Origin: an uncultured Nitrososphaerales archaeon
GTDB lineage: Archaea; Thermoproteota; Nitrososphaeria; Nitrososphaerales; Nitrososphaeraceae
Assembly: GCA_963841565.1 (NCBI GenBank)
Contig: CAWJCY010000006.1
Span: 288,001-352,000 of the forward strand
Length of the DNA stretch: 64,000 nt
Reading direction: 5' to 3'
Shown here piece by piece: positions 1-11,842 of this stretch (the first letter of the stretch is position 1; the number at the start of each line of letters is the position of its first letter). The notes beneath the pieces were generated by a model. It had not been told where the DNA came from and made no database searches. It was given only the letters and a program-made list of their open reading frames with translations. A program made the position numbers and the translations under genes.

Positions 1-551
1 GATATATCCTCTATTGTGGGATGCCTATTGGTAGGGATATTTACGCCGTTCATTTAGAATATGTTTATTGTTGCCCCCTCCCCCTTACTTATAATTTTGT
101 GTTCGCAAGTTAATGTGAAGCCAATAAATACTCAATGTTACTAATTTTCAGGAAGGCTGAATTCTTGTTCTAGATTTACCCTACTCAACTACCAAAAAGT
201 TACTGCGCCATATTGCTCCTTTTTATGTTTGCGAAAATTGTATGAATATTGTTGGCAGCATGTACACAGGGCATAGGCATGGGAATGTTGATTGTTCCAA
301 TAATAAGGTGCGCTGTCTGGCGACATTTGGGAAATCTTTGGTTGTGAAGAATCGCGAGTAATTCTCAAGGGAACATTGTTTAATGTAATTTCATCAATAA
401 CGTCCCAAATCAGTATTAACGTGGCATGGACATATATTAGCAATTACCCGATTTCTCTCTACAGAACACACACTTAGTATCTATGGAATGTTAGGTGCTT
501 AGGACAAAGGAACGTTTAATAGACCTCCAGCAAAATTTTCTGACTGAATAG

Positions 552-2753
552 ATGCCTAAATTTAAGTCCACCCAGGATATCCTTAGAATCATAGGAAATA
601 AAGAGCAGATCCGCAATTTTGGGGTCATTGCTCATGTTGATCATGGCAAAACAACCATGAGTGATAGCCTCTTGGCGGCATCAGGAATTATTTCACCTTC
701 GATTGCAGGACAGGCCCTTGCTCTAGATTCGATGAAACTTGAACAGAATAGGCAGATGACAATTAGAGGAGCTAATGTTACTCTGTACTACGAGAAGGAA
801 GGGAAGGAGTACGTGGTTAACATGATTGATACACCCGGACACATAGATTTTACTGGAAGGGTTACTCGAGCGCTGCGGGCGATTGACGGGGCGGTAGTGG
901 TGTCAGACTCCGTTGAAGGGATAATGACGCAGACTGAGACAGTGACGAGGCAGGCTTTAGAAGAAAGAGTAAGACCTGTTCTGTATATAAACAAGATTGA
1001 CAGACTGGTAAAGGAATTGAGATTGGATGCCGGAGCTATGCAAAAGTGGCTGTCTAATATCATCGCCGACTTTAATCATTTGATAGATATTTACGCAGAG
1101 CCAGAGCTCAAAGAAAAATGGAAGGTCAGTATCCAAGGAAACAGCGTTGCTTTTGGCTCAGCCAAGGATAGATGGGGATTTAATTTCAAAGTTGCACAGA
1201 AAAAAGGAGTTAGTTTTAAGGATGTTTATGATGCCTATACATCTGATGATCCTGGGGCAATCAAGAACCTAGCAGAGAGGGCACCGCTGCATGAAGCTGT
1301 TCTCGGGATGGTAGTTGAACATCATCCACCCCCTCATGTTGCTCAACGGTATCGAATTCCCAAAATTTGGCCTGGCGACTTGAATTCCGAACTCGGTAAA
1401 TCTCTCATTTCCTGTGATGACAAAGGTCCAGTAGTAATGATGGTGACGACGATAAATGTTGATCCGCAAGCAGGTAGAATAGCAACAGGACGACTTTTCT
1501 CAGGTACCGTGAAAGATGGAGATGAAGTATATCTGATTGATGCAAAGCGGCCAGGAAAAGTCCAATCCGTGAATATCTATATGGGAAATACCCGTGAACT
1601 GGTAAACATGTTGCCGGCAGGAAATATTCCAGCACTACTTGGATTGGATTATGCTGTCGCAGGTGAGACAATTTCCACAGTGAAGGCAATTCCGGCTTTT
1701 GAATCAATTAAATATGTATCGGAGCCAGTTGTAACGATAGCAGTCGAACCTAAACATCCAAGAGACTTGCCGAAATTAGTTGAAGCCCTAAGGAAGATCA
1801 CAGTGGAAGACCCTAATCTGATTATAAAAATCAATGAGGAGTCGGGTGAAACGCTTATGGCAGGTATGGGAGTTCTTCACCTAGAAATTGCTACGTCTCT
1901 TTTGCAGGAAGCAGGTTTGGAAATAACTACTACTCAGCCATTAATCAACTATCGTGAAACCAGCAGATATAAAACAAGCCCCATCATGAGCAAGTCACCG
2001 AATAAGCATAACAAGATCTTCATGCGAGTAGAGCCGCTAAATGAGGATATTATTGATATGATAAGGAATGGGCAAATTAAAGAAGATATGGATAAGAAGG
2101 AAATGGCCCGACTCCTGCGTGAAAAGGGGTGGAGTGCAGACGAGGCACGTAGCGTTGCTGCTCTAGATGTATCTGGGAATATGCTTATTGATGAGACAAA
2201 AGGTGTTCAATTTATTCAAGAATCCATGGATTCCATTAGGTCAGGGTTTGACGATGTGACACATTCTGGACCAATTGCTCATGAGACTGTCAGAGGAGTC
2301 AAATTTGTGTTGCATCATTTTGTTCCTCACGAGGACCCGGCACATAGAGGGTTAGCTCAGTTAATGCCGGCAACACGTAGGGCCATGCTTGGCTCGATGC
2401 TGATAGCGGATCCCACATTACTTGAACCGATTCTTGGAATTGAGGTAAAATGTCCTCAGGAGCAGATTGGTACCGTAGCAGGAATTCTCTCAAGTAAGAG
2501 AGGCAAATTGATTAACGTCGATCAGAAAGGACTTATCACTATTATCCAGGGCGAAGTTCCTGCATCTGAAACGTTCGATCTTTCTGAGGTTATGCGTGGT
2601 GGAACCGCCGGGAAAGCTTTGTGGAGTACCTATTTTAAAACCTGGCAGCCAGTGCCCCAATCCATCTTAAAGAGCCTAGTTGCAGACATACGAAAAAGAA
2701 AGGGTCTAAATCCAGAGCCACCAAATCCAGATGAATTCATAGATAAAGAATGA
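552..2753 (+). CDS. fusA: Archaeal translation elongation factor 2 (EF-2)
   Basis: 733 aa; G-domain motifs AHVDHGKTT, DTPGH, NKID; diphthamide loop HEDPAHRG. Confidence 0.98.
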   Translation: MPKFKSTQDILRIIGNKEQIRNFGVIAHVDHGKTTMSDSLLAASGIISPSIAGQALALDSMKLEQNRQMTIRGANVTLYYEKEGKEYVVNMIDTPGHIDFTGRVTRALRAIDGAVVVSDSVEGIMTQTETVTRQALEERVRPVLYINKIDRLVKELRLDAGAMQKWLSNIIADFNHLIDIYAEPELKEKWKVSIQGNSVAFGSAKDRWGFNFKVAQKKGVSFKDVYDAYTSDDPGAIKNLAERAPLHEAVLGMVVEHHPPPHVAQRYRIPKIWPGDLNSELGKSLISCDDKGPVVMMVTTINVDPQAGRIATGRLFSGTVKDGDEVYLIDAKRPGKVQSVNIYMGNTRELVNMLPAGNIPALLGLDYAVAGETISTVKAIPAFESIKYVSEPVVTIAVEPKHPRDLPKLVEALRKITVEDPNLIIKINEESGETLMAGMGVLHLEIATSLLQEAGLEITTTQPLINYRETSRYKTSPIMSKSPNKHNKIFMRVEPLNEDIIDMIRNGQIKEDMDKKEMARLLREKGWSADEARSVAALDVSGNMLIDETKGVQFIQESMDSIRSGFDDVTHSGPIAHETVRGVKFVLHHFVPHEDPAHRGLAQLMPATRRAMLGSMLIADPTLLEPILGIEVKCPQEQIGTVAGILSSKRGKLINVDQKGLITIIQGEVPASETFDLSEVMRGGTAGKALWSTYFKTWQPVPQSILKSLVADIRKRKGLNPEPPNPDEFIDKE

Positions 2754-3011
2754 CAAGTTTTAATCTTTTATGAATAATGCATATTTTTTTGCTAAGGCGT
2801 GCATCTCTATGATTTTCTCTGAAGGTTTTGTTCAAGAAAACAAATGACTCCCACGATTGGAAAAGGCAGTTTTTAGGTTAAGGCTAAAACATTAGGAATT
2901 TTATTACTGAAGAGTGTGTTATTTCGCCCATTCTTGTACGTCTGCTAGACGTTTTGAATGTTTACATAGCTCCCAATAGTTATAAGCGATAAAATCATTT
3001 CCTTTCTCAAA

Positions 3012-4196
3012 ATGAAACTTGATCATCCCAGGTATACCGAGAGATTTGGGGCAATTAGCTTACACGGTGTACAGCGTGTATATGAATTAGATTCTGGCTT
3101 TAGCAATGGGAGGCCCACTTCAGAGACGATTCGAAGTATTGGAAATGAAGAAATCTCTGAAATAGAGAAAAAAATGGCCATTGTAATCCCCATTAAAGGC
3201 GAACGTTTGAAACTGCTTGAGGGTGTGTTAAGTGGCATTCCACACGATTGCCTTACGATAATTGTCTCCAATAGTCCCAGGCAACCTGTCGATAGGTACA
3301 AATTGGAAAAAGAGGCGTTGGAACAGTTTAACCGTTTCGTTGGTAAGAACGCGTTGATTTTGCATCAGAAGGATCCTGGACTCTCAGATGCGCTTAAAGA
3401 GGTGGGATATAACAGCATCTTTGGACCAGATGACATAGTTAGAAACGGCAAAGCTGAAGGCATGATTACTGGGATGCTTCTTGCTAAGATGGCTGGAAAG
3501 GATTACGTTGGGTTTATCGATGCGGATAATTATGTTCCGGGAGCGGTTAATGAATATGTTAAGATCTTCGCATCAGGACTTGCCATGTCAAATAGTCCGT
3601 ACACGATGGTCAGGATTTCATGGATCTACAAACCTAAAGTTTCAGAGAGTGGTCTGTACTTTTCCAAGTGGGGGAGAGTCTCTGAAATAACTAATCAGTA
3701 TCTTAACTCTCTAGTTTCCTATTATACTGGCTTTGAGACCGAAGTTATGCGTACCGGAAATTCGGGTGAACATTGTATGTCGATGAAGCTTGCCGAATTG
3801 CTTACTTATTCATCTGGCTTTTCAGTAGAACCTTATGAAATAGTCAATGTCCTGGAAGAATTTGGCGGAATTCTACCCACAGAAAATCAAGAGGCAATGG
3901 ACAAGGGCATAGAAATCTCTCAGGTAGAAACACGAAATCCTCATTTTCATGAAGAGAAAGGAGATGACCACATTAAAGAAATGTTCTTCGGGTCTCTTGG
4001 TTGTATTTATCATAGCAAGATCTGTCCTCCGAGGTTAAGGGAAAAAATCGTAGAAGAATTGCGCAATCGAACAATGTTAGAGGAAGGACAGGAAATAGAC
4101 ACTCTAAGGAAGATCAGTCCATTTAACAAAATAGATATGCGACAATTTGCAAATATACTGCATGAAAGGGCTTCAAGCCTGATTCACTTTGTATAA
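3012..4196 (+). CDS. mpgS: Mannosyl-3-phosphoglycerate synthase
   Basis: 394 aa; characteristic segments VLSGIPHDC, RNGKAEGM, GFIDADNYVPGAVNEY, KWGRVS, ETRNPHFHEEKG. Confidence 0.92.
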   Translation: MKLDHPRYTERFGAISLHGVQRVYELDSGFSNGRPTSETIRSIGNEEISEIEKKMAIVIPIKGERLKLLEGVLSGIPHDCLTIIVSNSPRQPVDRYKLEKEALEQFNRFVGKNALILHQKDPGLSDALKEVGYNSIFGPDDIVRNGKAEGMITGMLLAKMAGKDYVGFIDADNYVPGAVNEYVKIFASGLAMSNSPYTMVRISWIYKPKVSESGLYFSKWGRVSEITNQYLNSLVSYYTGFETEVMRTGNSGEHCMSMKLAELLTYSSGFSVEPYEIVNVLEEFGGILPTENQEAMDKGIEISQVETRNPHFHEEKGDDHIKEMFFGSLGCIYHSKICPPRLREKIVEELRNRTMLEEGQEIDTLRKISPFNKIDMRQFANILHERASSLIHFV

Positions 4197-4537
4197 ACTT
4201 GTTATGGCCGATCACGATAAATTGAAATTCTTTTGTTAGCAATTGACCGCTAACCTTTAGCTAAGAATTAGATTTCTTTGCTCTATTGATCGAGTTAACG
4301 TATGGCTCTCAAGCACAGGTTGATGCGAGCCTTATACTCCTATCTCACAGTAACAGTAATAATTAGAACAGAGACAGTCGATAGATAAGATATATTTTTC
4401 AAATACTATTGATAATGCCGATCAGAGTTATGACTCCATGACTCCAAATGTTTTAGTATTGATAGAAGTTATGTAACATAGTTAAGTAGCCAATAGTTAC
4501 TATCGGCTTTAATATCAGCTACGATAATTATTCAGAT

Positions 4538-5812
4538 ATGCGTTATCATGATCTTTCGGAAATGAATTTCAATATTTCGAGTAGACAGAAAAAATTCTTA
4601 TCAAAAGTCGATAACGCATCCAAATTGTTGCGGGGATATGAAGAAGAGTGTTACCTTAGTGAAAGAATCAATAACAGGATTGTACCAGTTTTCAAAAATA
4701 TTGGAATGCTAGGCTGTCCAATTTCTACAAAATATGGGGGTCTGGGGTACGACTTTCTCACCTACTGTCTTGCACTAGAAAGGATTGGAGAAGAAGGAAG
4801 TTCTATTAGAACATTCTTATCAGCTCACACTTCAATTGGTCAGCTGGTCCTTCAAGGGTGGGCAAATGAGGAACAGAAAAGAGAATACCTTCCACATACC
4901 ACAAGAGGGAAAAGCATAATGGCATTCGCCCTTACTGAACCTAACGCTGGTAGCGATCCATCTTCTATAGAAATGGCATTTGAAGAGAAAAGCGACCACT
5001 ATGTCCTCAATGGAAGAAAACATTGGGTTGGTAATGGAACGTTTGCCGACCTGTTGACTACATATGCTAAGGAACGGAACAGTAAATATGGATATGAAAA
5101 CGGAAGAATTTCAGCATTTATAGTAGATAAGAATTGTCAGGGTATAAGGCGAAAAGAGATCAAGAACAAAATGGGTCTCCTCACAGTAAAGAATGCTGAA
5201 CTTCTTTTTAGAAATTGCATTATTCCCAAAAAAAACCTCTTAGGGCTGAAAGGACAGGGTCTAAGCATAGCATACAGCGCACTCATAGATGGCCGTCTGA
5301 GCGTCGCAGCAGGAGCTATAGGTGTCATTAAAGATTGCTTGGCAGAGTCAATCCGTTATTCCAAACACAGAACTCAGCACGGAGACCTTCTAGGTAAAAA
5401 GCAGCTAATTCAAGACCACCTTGCAAAGATGGTAGTTAGTCTGGAGAGCTCCAGATGGCTAGTTTATCGTGCGGCTATCACTAGACAGCAGTTGCAAGAT
5501 TATGTCGAGACGTTTAAGAAAGATAATACGGACTGGCAATTAAAATTAAATAAATCCAATGAGAAGTATATCCGATTAAGAAACGAGGCAGATAGAATTT
5601 CTGCTATATCAAAGTTCTATACTAGCAATTGTGCGTTCGATGCCGCTAATCGTTCAGTTCAAATATACGGTTCAGCTGGATACACCAAAAAATCTAGGGT
5701 TGCAAGACACTTTTTGGATTCCCGTGCAATTATGATTTACGAAGGCGCAAATGAGGTGCTGGCACTTAAAATTGGCTCACAAAGCTTGGGCAAGAATTTT
5801 AAAGCCTATTAG
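4538..5812 (+). CDS. Acyl-CoA dehydrogenase family protein
   Basis: AFALTEPNAGSD, LNGRKHWVGNG, QIYGSAGY and IYEGANEV motifs. Confidence 0.93.
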   Translation: MRYHDLSEMNFNISSRQKKFLSKVDNASKLLRGYEEECYLSERINNRIVPVFKNIGMLGCPISTKYGGLGYDFLTYCLALERIGEEGSSIRTFLSAHTSIGQLVLQGWANEEQKREYLPHTTRGKSIMAFALTEPNAGSDPSSIEMAFEEKSDHYVLNGRKHWVGNGTFADLLTTYAKERNSKYGYENGRISAFIVDKNCQGIRRKEIKNKMGLLTVKNAELLFRNCIIPKKNLLGLKGQGLSIAYSALIDGRLSVAAGAIGVIKDCLAESIRYSKHRTQHGDLLGKKQLIQDHLAKMVVSLESSRWLVYRAAITRQQLQDYVETFKKDNTDWQLKLNKSNEKYIRLRNEADRISAISKFYTSNCAFDAANRSVQIYGSAGYTKKSRVARHFLDSRAIMIYEGANEVLALKIGSQSLGKNFKAY

Positions 5813-6100
5813 CAGTCGTCGATTTCCGCTGATATACGCTCGAGCTGCCTAGAGTCATTATAGTAAACAGTCAGTACGGAGGATCCAATTTAAATATTTT
5901 CTTTCAATGCTTATGACACAGTCTTCCTCATCATACCTGTCCACCTTCTAGCTATTGTTTGTAATATATCATAAATCGGTACAAACTTATTTATTTCAGT
6001 TCTCGTCCCCGTTCTCCTCCAAATATCTATAAAAAAACCCCTGTTTTTAGGGAGATCTAGTCAATCTTTTTATTAGTCACTTGTGAATCAGGCTTTAAGA

Positions 6101-7123
6101 ATGAAAATTGCTGTAGTTGGGATTGGTGTCGCTGGTGCATACATCATGAACAAACTCAGCCAAGATGGGGATATCACGGTAAAGGGCTTTGAAAGGATGC
6201 CAGAGGAGAAGCATGATGCGGTGTGCGCTTGGGCAACATGCGAGAACGTAATGGATGGTTTAGTAATGGAATGCGGTTTGGATTTCAGCACGTACGTTCT
6301 CCACAAAGGTAAAAATATGAAGGTCGAGTTGATAGATGATAGTATTGATATCAAGTTAAGAGGCATGGTCGCTTATGATAAATTGCAGCTCATTAAAGAT
6401 ATGATACGTGGTACCGACATAGAGTTTGGAAAGGTGCCAAGGAAGGAGAACTTGGAATCTGATTTTGATCTTATTGTAGATGCAACAGGATTTCACAGGA
6501 ATTATTTGCCTAAAGTTAGCAACGAGACTTGGATTCCATGTGTACAATACAAAGTAAAATATGATCGGAATAGGAATCCATATGATGACTTTTATTTGAA
6601 GGCATTTTCTAGTATGTCAGGTTACTTTTGGTATTTTCCTCTCGATAATGGATATGCCCATATAGGAGCTGGTGATTTCGGACGAAAATATACGATTGGA
6701 TTCCTAGATGATTTTTTAAACAGGCATAAATGCGAAATCATTCACAAGGTAGGCAGACCAGTTAGAATAAGCCCCCCTTCTCTATGTGAACCGTTTTCGG
6801 ATGGGAGAAAAACGATTGGAGTAGGTGAATCGATTGGTACCGTCTATGCATTATTGGGTGAAGGTATCGTGCCGTCTACTTGGTGTGCACAGTTATTTGT
6901 AGAACATCTCCATAATTTGAAGCAATACAGAAGTGCAGTATTAAAGAAGTTTGACATCTACGCTTTAGTTCATAAATTCATCAAAATGAAAATCTCAGGC
7001 AGATTTAGCATGCTAAGGAATTCTCGCGACTTGTTGAGAATCTATACTCACATGAAGATGAATGAAAAGAGATACGGAATGAAGGTTGAAATGAAGAACA
7101 TGCTAAAGATCTCAAAAATATGA
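6101..7123 (+). CDS. FAD-dependent oxidoreductase, geranylgeranyl reductase-like
   Basis: N-terminal Rossmann motif VVGIGVAG; VDATG, GYFWYFP, GEGI. ATG at 6101 preferred over GTG at 6083. Confidence 0.8.
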   Translation: MKIAVVGIGVAGAYIMNKLSQDGDITVKGFERMPEEKHDAVCAWATCENVMDGLVMECGLDFSTYVLHKGKNMKVELIDDSIDIKLRGMVAYDKLQLIKDMIRGTDIEFGKVPRKENLESDFDLIVDATGFHRNYLPKVSNETWIPCVQYKVKYDRNRNPYDDFYLKAFSSMSGYFWYFPLDNGYAHIGAGDFGRKYTIGFLDDFLNRHKCEIIHKVGRPVRISPPSLCEPFSDGRKTIGVGESIGTVYALLGEGIVPSTWCAQLFVEHLHNLKQYRSAVLKKFDIYALVHKFIKMKISGRFSMLRNSRDLLRIYTHMKMNEKRYGMKVEMKNMLKISKI

Positions 7124-7696
7124 GGGAACTTCTTGGCTGTTCATATTAATTCGGCCCTGCTGTATTTGCTAAAGTACCGGATCAAGTCATACTGACACAT
7201 GAATTATTAGAATTGAACCCTGTCAAGGGCTTGATGGCTATATTCTGGAAAGGACCAACAGTCCGATAATTGGGGAGATAGATGACGAAATATTTTCTAG
7301 AACATGAGGTCGAGCGTATTTCATCTTGATTCCTTTTTTTCAATTAATTGCACTTTATGTAAAAACTTTCCTTTTTCCATTTTTTGTTTAGAAGACAAAA
7401 TGTATTTTAGTATCTTTTTTTGTGTTAAACATTGCCTTGGGTAAATTCGTGCATTGATATTTGCCAAATTTAATACTTGTTGTTTCAGCTGTGAAGATAC
7501 GACCACCGTGATGATTGCCGGAATTTACTTGACTTTTATGACAAAATCAGAACAGATAGAAACTCATCCTAGCAACATAATAATAGCAACGACCAAACGT
7601 CCGAAGAATCTGACATTTCGTCCTACTGAACACTGGGAGATATAATACACAAACTTCTAGTCACAAATATATGAAAGCCCGAGGATTAAAGGATGG

Positions 7697-8180
7697 ATGA
7701 GCAGCGGAGTTAGCGGCGAACAAGCAGCCCTCGAACAAAAGGTTAATGAAATGATGCAGCAAGCAAGGGTGCTTGAAGCTCATTTGAATGAGATTATTGC
7801 TCGGGAGGCGAGCTGTCAATAGACTGCTAGAAGAGGCCAAATTGGCATCTAGTGCGGTGCAAGAGGTTCAGTCTGAAACAGAAGTTGAATCATACGTTCC
7901 CGTCGGCGTTGGGGTTCATATGAAAGTATCAGTGCCCCCAGTAAAGAAATTGCTTATCAGTATAGGTGCAGGAGTAGCAGTGGAACGGAGTAGAGAGGAT
8001 ACAATCAACTACATAGAGTCTAGGTTGAAGGAGTTCGAAATTGCCTTGAAACAGCTAATGGGGCAAAAGCAACAGGTTTCCCTCCGGATGGAGCAAATCC
8101 AAGTTCAAGTCAACGAAATGGTGCAGAGAGCAACCTCTGGCAGGAGCAGCTTGGGTAATCCCAGTAGCAATAATAAGTAG
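7697..8180 (+). CDS. pfdA: Prefoldin alpha subunit, interrupted by one +1 insertion near 7810
   Basis: ATG 7697 reads MSSGVSGEQAALEQKVNEMMQQARVLEAHLNEIIAREA, then continues in the next frame AVNRLLEEAK...YVPVGVG...LISIGAGVAVE; span is 3n+1; lies directly upstream of ftsY. Confidence 0.88.
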
Positions 8181-8205
8181 TCGCGTTAAAGTTAAAAAGA
8201 CGCAA

Positions 8206-9846
8206 ATGTTTGAACAGCTCAAAAGAGCGTTTTCTGACGCAGCGAGAAACCTATCGTCTCATAAGGAAATTTCTGAAAGAGATTTAAATAATCAATTATC
8301 TGAACTTGAAATTTCTCTTCTTGAAAGTGATGTTGCCCCAGAGGTTGTGGATGATCTTGTTGTAAGCCTGAGGACCGAATTACTTGGTTTAGAACTTGAA
8401 AAAGGACAAAGTGCAGAAGATGTGATCAGGCTCAAGCTCAGAATGCGGATAGCTGACATGTTTAACAAATCTGGAACTATGAATATTATCCAACTAATCA
8501 GATCTAAGAAGGAAGCAGGAAAAGGACCATTTGTTATACTTCTACTTGGAATTAATGGCACTGGTAAAACAACTACTATTGCAAAAATTGCTCATCTGTT
8601 TAAGAAAAATGGAATTTCAACTGTACTTGCAGCTGCGGATACACATAGAGCGGGTGCAATTGAGCAGCTATCGCAACACGGAGAAAATTTGTCTATAAAA
8701 GTCATTTCGCAGCGATATGGAGCTGATCCATCAGCTGTTGGCCGTGACGCTGTGGATTATGCCACTAAACACCGCGTAGATACGGTACTAATTGATACTG
8801 CCGGCAGAATGCAGACAGCAAAGAATCTGATGGATGAAATTAACAAGATAGTTAGGGTTGTAAAGCCAGATATCAAATTATTTATTGGTGATTCATTGGC
8901 AGGAAATGATACCATTAACCAAGCACGCGAGTTTTATGAGTATACCAAATTTGACGGTGCGATACTAACCAAGACGGACGCAGATGCCAAAGGAGGTTCG
9001 GCCATATCAATTGTACATACCACATCAAAGCCAATTGTGCTCTTAGGAATGGGACAAAGTTACGACGACATTACACCATTTAGCTCTGAGAAATTTCTAG
9101 ATTCGGTCTTTGGTAATTCCCCCATGGTTAGTGAAACGGAGCTTCCTTTTAACAATATCATTCAACAGGATGTGACCAAACAAGATATGAACAGGAGTGA
9201 AAAAGTAGAAACGGATATAGAATTACCGTATGAGGAGGTAACTTTGAGAACTGTAAGTAATGAAGATACTTCTGAGAGACTGAGTCAAAAAATAGAGGGA
9301 ACTCCTCCTGAATTTCCTCCAGATTCAGATGATCCTAGTTCTAATAAATATGAATCACTAGACAAAGTCGCCTCTGAAAAGCTTACTATCCAGCAGCAAC
9401 AACAGACAGATCAGCAAGAAGGACATTTTGAGCAAACACCACACAATTCAGAACAGCAGCAAGATCAAGTGCAACTGCAACAACAAGAACAAACACAGCA
9501 GCAAAGTTATCAAGAACAGCAACCCCAGGTTATTAATGTCACAGCTAGTAAGAAACCTGAGTCAATATCGGAGAAAAAAGAATCTGGTGGCTTTTTTAAA
9601 GGTCTGTTCGGCAAGAAAAATAAAAACAAGACACAAGATCCAGAAAAGGATTCTGCAATTGATAATCATACTATCAACAGCTCTCATGAAAAAAATCTCG
9701 CCTCAGCCGTGGAATCTGAAGGGAAGTCCAATACTAAGGATTTAGTCGAAAACAACGAGAAAAAAACCAGTAGTCAGAAGAAAGACGAAGAAGAAGAAGA
9801 AATAGTATATCTAACGGATGAAGACATTGAAGACCTCCTTAAATAA
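8206..9846 (+). CDS. ftsY: Signal recognition particle receptor FtsY with long low-complexity C-terminal extension
   Basis: GINGTGKTTT, DTHRAGA, DTAGR, TKTDADAKGG in the first ~300 aa; Q/E/K-rich tail follows. Confidence 0.95.
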   Translation: MFEQLKRAFSDAARNLSSHKEISERDLNNQLSELEISLLESDVAPEVVDDLVVSLRTELLGLELEKGQSAEDVIRLKLRMRIADMFNKSGTMNIIQLIRSKKEAGKGPFVILLLGINGTGKTTTIAKIAHLFKKNGISTVLAAADTHRAGAIEQLSQHGENLSIKVISQRYGADPSAVGRDAVDYATKHRVDTVLIDTAGRMQTAKNLMDEINKIVRVVKPDIKLFIGDSLAGNDTINQAREFYEYTKFDGAILTKTDADAKGGSAISIVHTTSKPIVLLGMGQSYDDITPFSSEKFLDSVFGNSPMVSETELPFNNIIQQDVTKQDMNRSEKVETDIELPYEEVTLRTVSNEDTSERLSQKIEGTPPEFPPDSDDPSSNKYESLDKVASEKLTIQQQQQTDQQEGHFEQTPHNSEQQQDQVQLQQQEQTQQQSYQEQQPQVINVTASKKPESISEKKESGGFFKGLFGKKNKNKTQDPEKDSAIDNHTINSSHEKNLASAVESEGKSNTKDLVENNEKKTSSQKKDEEEEEIVYLTDEDIEDLLK

Positions 9847-10769
9847 GAAAAATTTTTTGAGTCTTAATGACCTAGGTAAAGAGGAAATCCTATCAATCTT
9901 AGAGTTATCAAAGGAACTCAAGAGGGACTTGAAAAATGGAAAATCGTCCCAATTATTGAAGGGAAGAACGCTTGCCATGATATTTCAGAAACCCTCTACT
10001 AGGACCAGATTAAGTTTTGAAACTGGAATCGTACAACTAGGTGGCACCGCTATCTATCTGAGTTCAAACGACCTTCAGCTAGCTAGAGGAGAATCAATCG
10101 AAGATACAGCTCGAACTCTTTCGCTCTACGTTGACTTGATTATGGCACGTGTATATGCGCATTCGGATATTGAGAAACTTGCTGCATACTCTTCTGTTCC
10201 CGTCATAAACGGGCTTTCAGATACTTTTCATCCTTGCCAAATTCTGGCCGATCTCCTCACGATTCAAGAGCAGAAAAATACATTCAATGGATTGAAAGTT
10301 GCATGGATAGGAGAGGGCAATAATGTTTGTAATGATCTCAGTACTTGGTTGTTCGAAGATAGGCATGAATCTTTCGATTGCTTGTCCTCCTGGTTTTGAA
10401 CCGAATGAATTTGTTCTAGATGTAGCAAGACAAGAGGCTTCCAAAAGTTCTACAGAAATATCGATCACAGATGATCCTTTAAAGGCCGTTCAAAACGCAG
10501 ATGTATTGGCAACAGACACATTCATATCCATTGGAAAGGATGAGGAAAGACAGCGAAGAGAAGAGATATTCTTACCTAAGTACCAAGTAAATTCTAATCT
10601 GTTGAGATCTGCGAAGCAAGATTGCATTTTTATGCACTGTCTTCCAGCCTCCAGAGGTCGGGAAGTCACTTCCGAAGTAATTGACGGTAAGGCATCTGTA
10701 GTGTGGGACCAAGCCGAAAATAGGCTACACGTACAGAAGGCTTTAATGTGTATGCTACCTTTGAGGTAA
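9818..10769 (+). CDS. argF: Ornithine carbamoyltransferase, interrupted by one +1 insertion near 10340
   Basis: PSTRTR and HPCQ in ORF 9818-10399; FMHCLP and DQAENRLH in ORF 10323-10769; span is 3n+1. Confidence 0.93.
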
Positions 10770-10966
10770 ACCCTTCTCGTTCATAATGATTTGACGTCGG
10801 TGAATGAACTTTCGATAGAGGAATTGATATTTTTGAACTTTGAAATCGCTATTCTAAATGATTATTGATTATCGCAAAGACAATTCCCAGTTTGTACTAA
10901 AGTCCGCATTTCCTACTCTAGGACTAGTACATTCATGGAGTTTGTATCGAAATTTACCTTTATATT

Positions 10967-11377
10967 ATGGCTACTATTAGGTGGATAATCATGCCCTCTG
11001 ACGAATTGCATGAAATAAGAAGGGTTTTCCAAGGCTTACAAACTCTGTATCAATTACATCTCCCAAAAATAAGTCCTGCGCTAATACACGATCTGCTCAT
11101 CCGCGAAGAAGAGGAAGTACAAAAGTCTAATAAGACATCGACTTCATCTCCCCCGTTTTATATGGTCGAAATATCTACCACAAAGAGTACAGACCCTGAA
11201 AAAATGAAAAACTTGATATTTAAAAAGACAGGGCTTCTGCCGTCAGTTTATGAAAATGGTACCCACTATGTAGCAAACATGAGACTGACTCTGGAATTAC
11301 TGAAGGTGATTAGTGAATCTGAGGAAGGTATTGTAAAAGTTTCAGGGGACTATACCGGAGGAATAAGCGGAAGATGA
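10967..11377 (+). CDS. Hypothetical protein
   Basis: 136 aa ORF with protein-like composition; no family recognised. Confidence 0.6.
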   Translation: MATIRWIIMPSDELHEIRRVFQGLQTLYQLHLPKISPALIHDLLIREEEEVQKSNKTSTSSPPFYMVEISTTKSTDPEKMKNLIFKKTGLLPSVYENGTHYVANMRLTLELLKVISESEEGIVKVSGDYTGGISGR

Positions 11378-11842
11378 ATTCAAGAAAATAGCTACTAGAA
11401 TAGCCCTTGTTGCCTCAGTTTGAGCGAGAGAGTCAATATTGTATGCAAGTTCTTACGGTGATTGGGCTTTTGGCCCAAAATCGTCATTTAGCGGGTAGAA
11501 TAAGTTGAATTGGGGGGTGGCAAATCTCATGTTTATTGGAATTTTATCCATAGTATTTCATTGTATCCGTACTAGAATCACTCTGGGAGATGGCTAATAT
11601 GGAAGGTCACTTTGAGGAGTTATTATGCGCAGTACTAATGGTGAAATCAACCTATGATAATGGGTTCAGAGCAATTTTAAGATTTATTATCATTTACATT
11701 TACAGGCTACCAGTTTATCTGGATCCTCTATTGTGGAATAAATTAATCGACTTGTTCCAAATACAAGATTAAATAGTTATATAATATCTATAATGAAAAA
11801 ATATATTGTTGAAGCTCTGAGTGGCTTGTTAGTAGTAATGTC

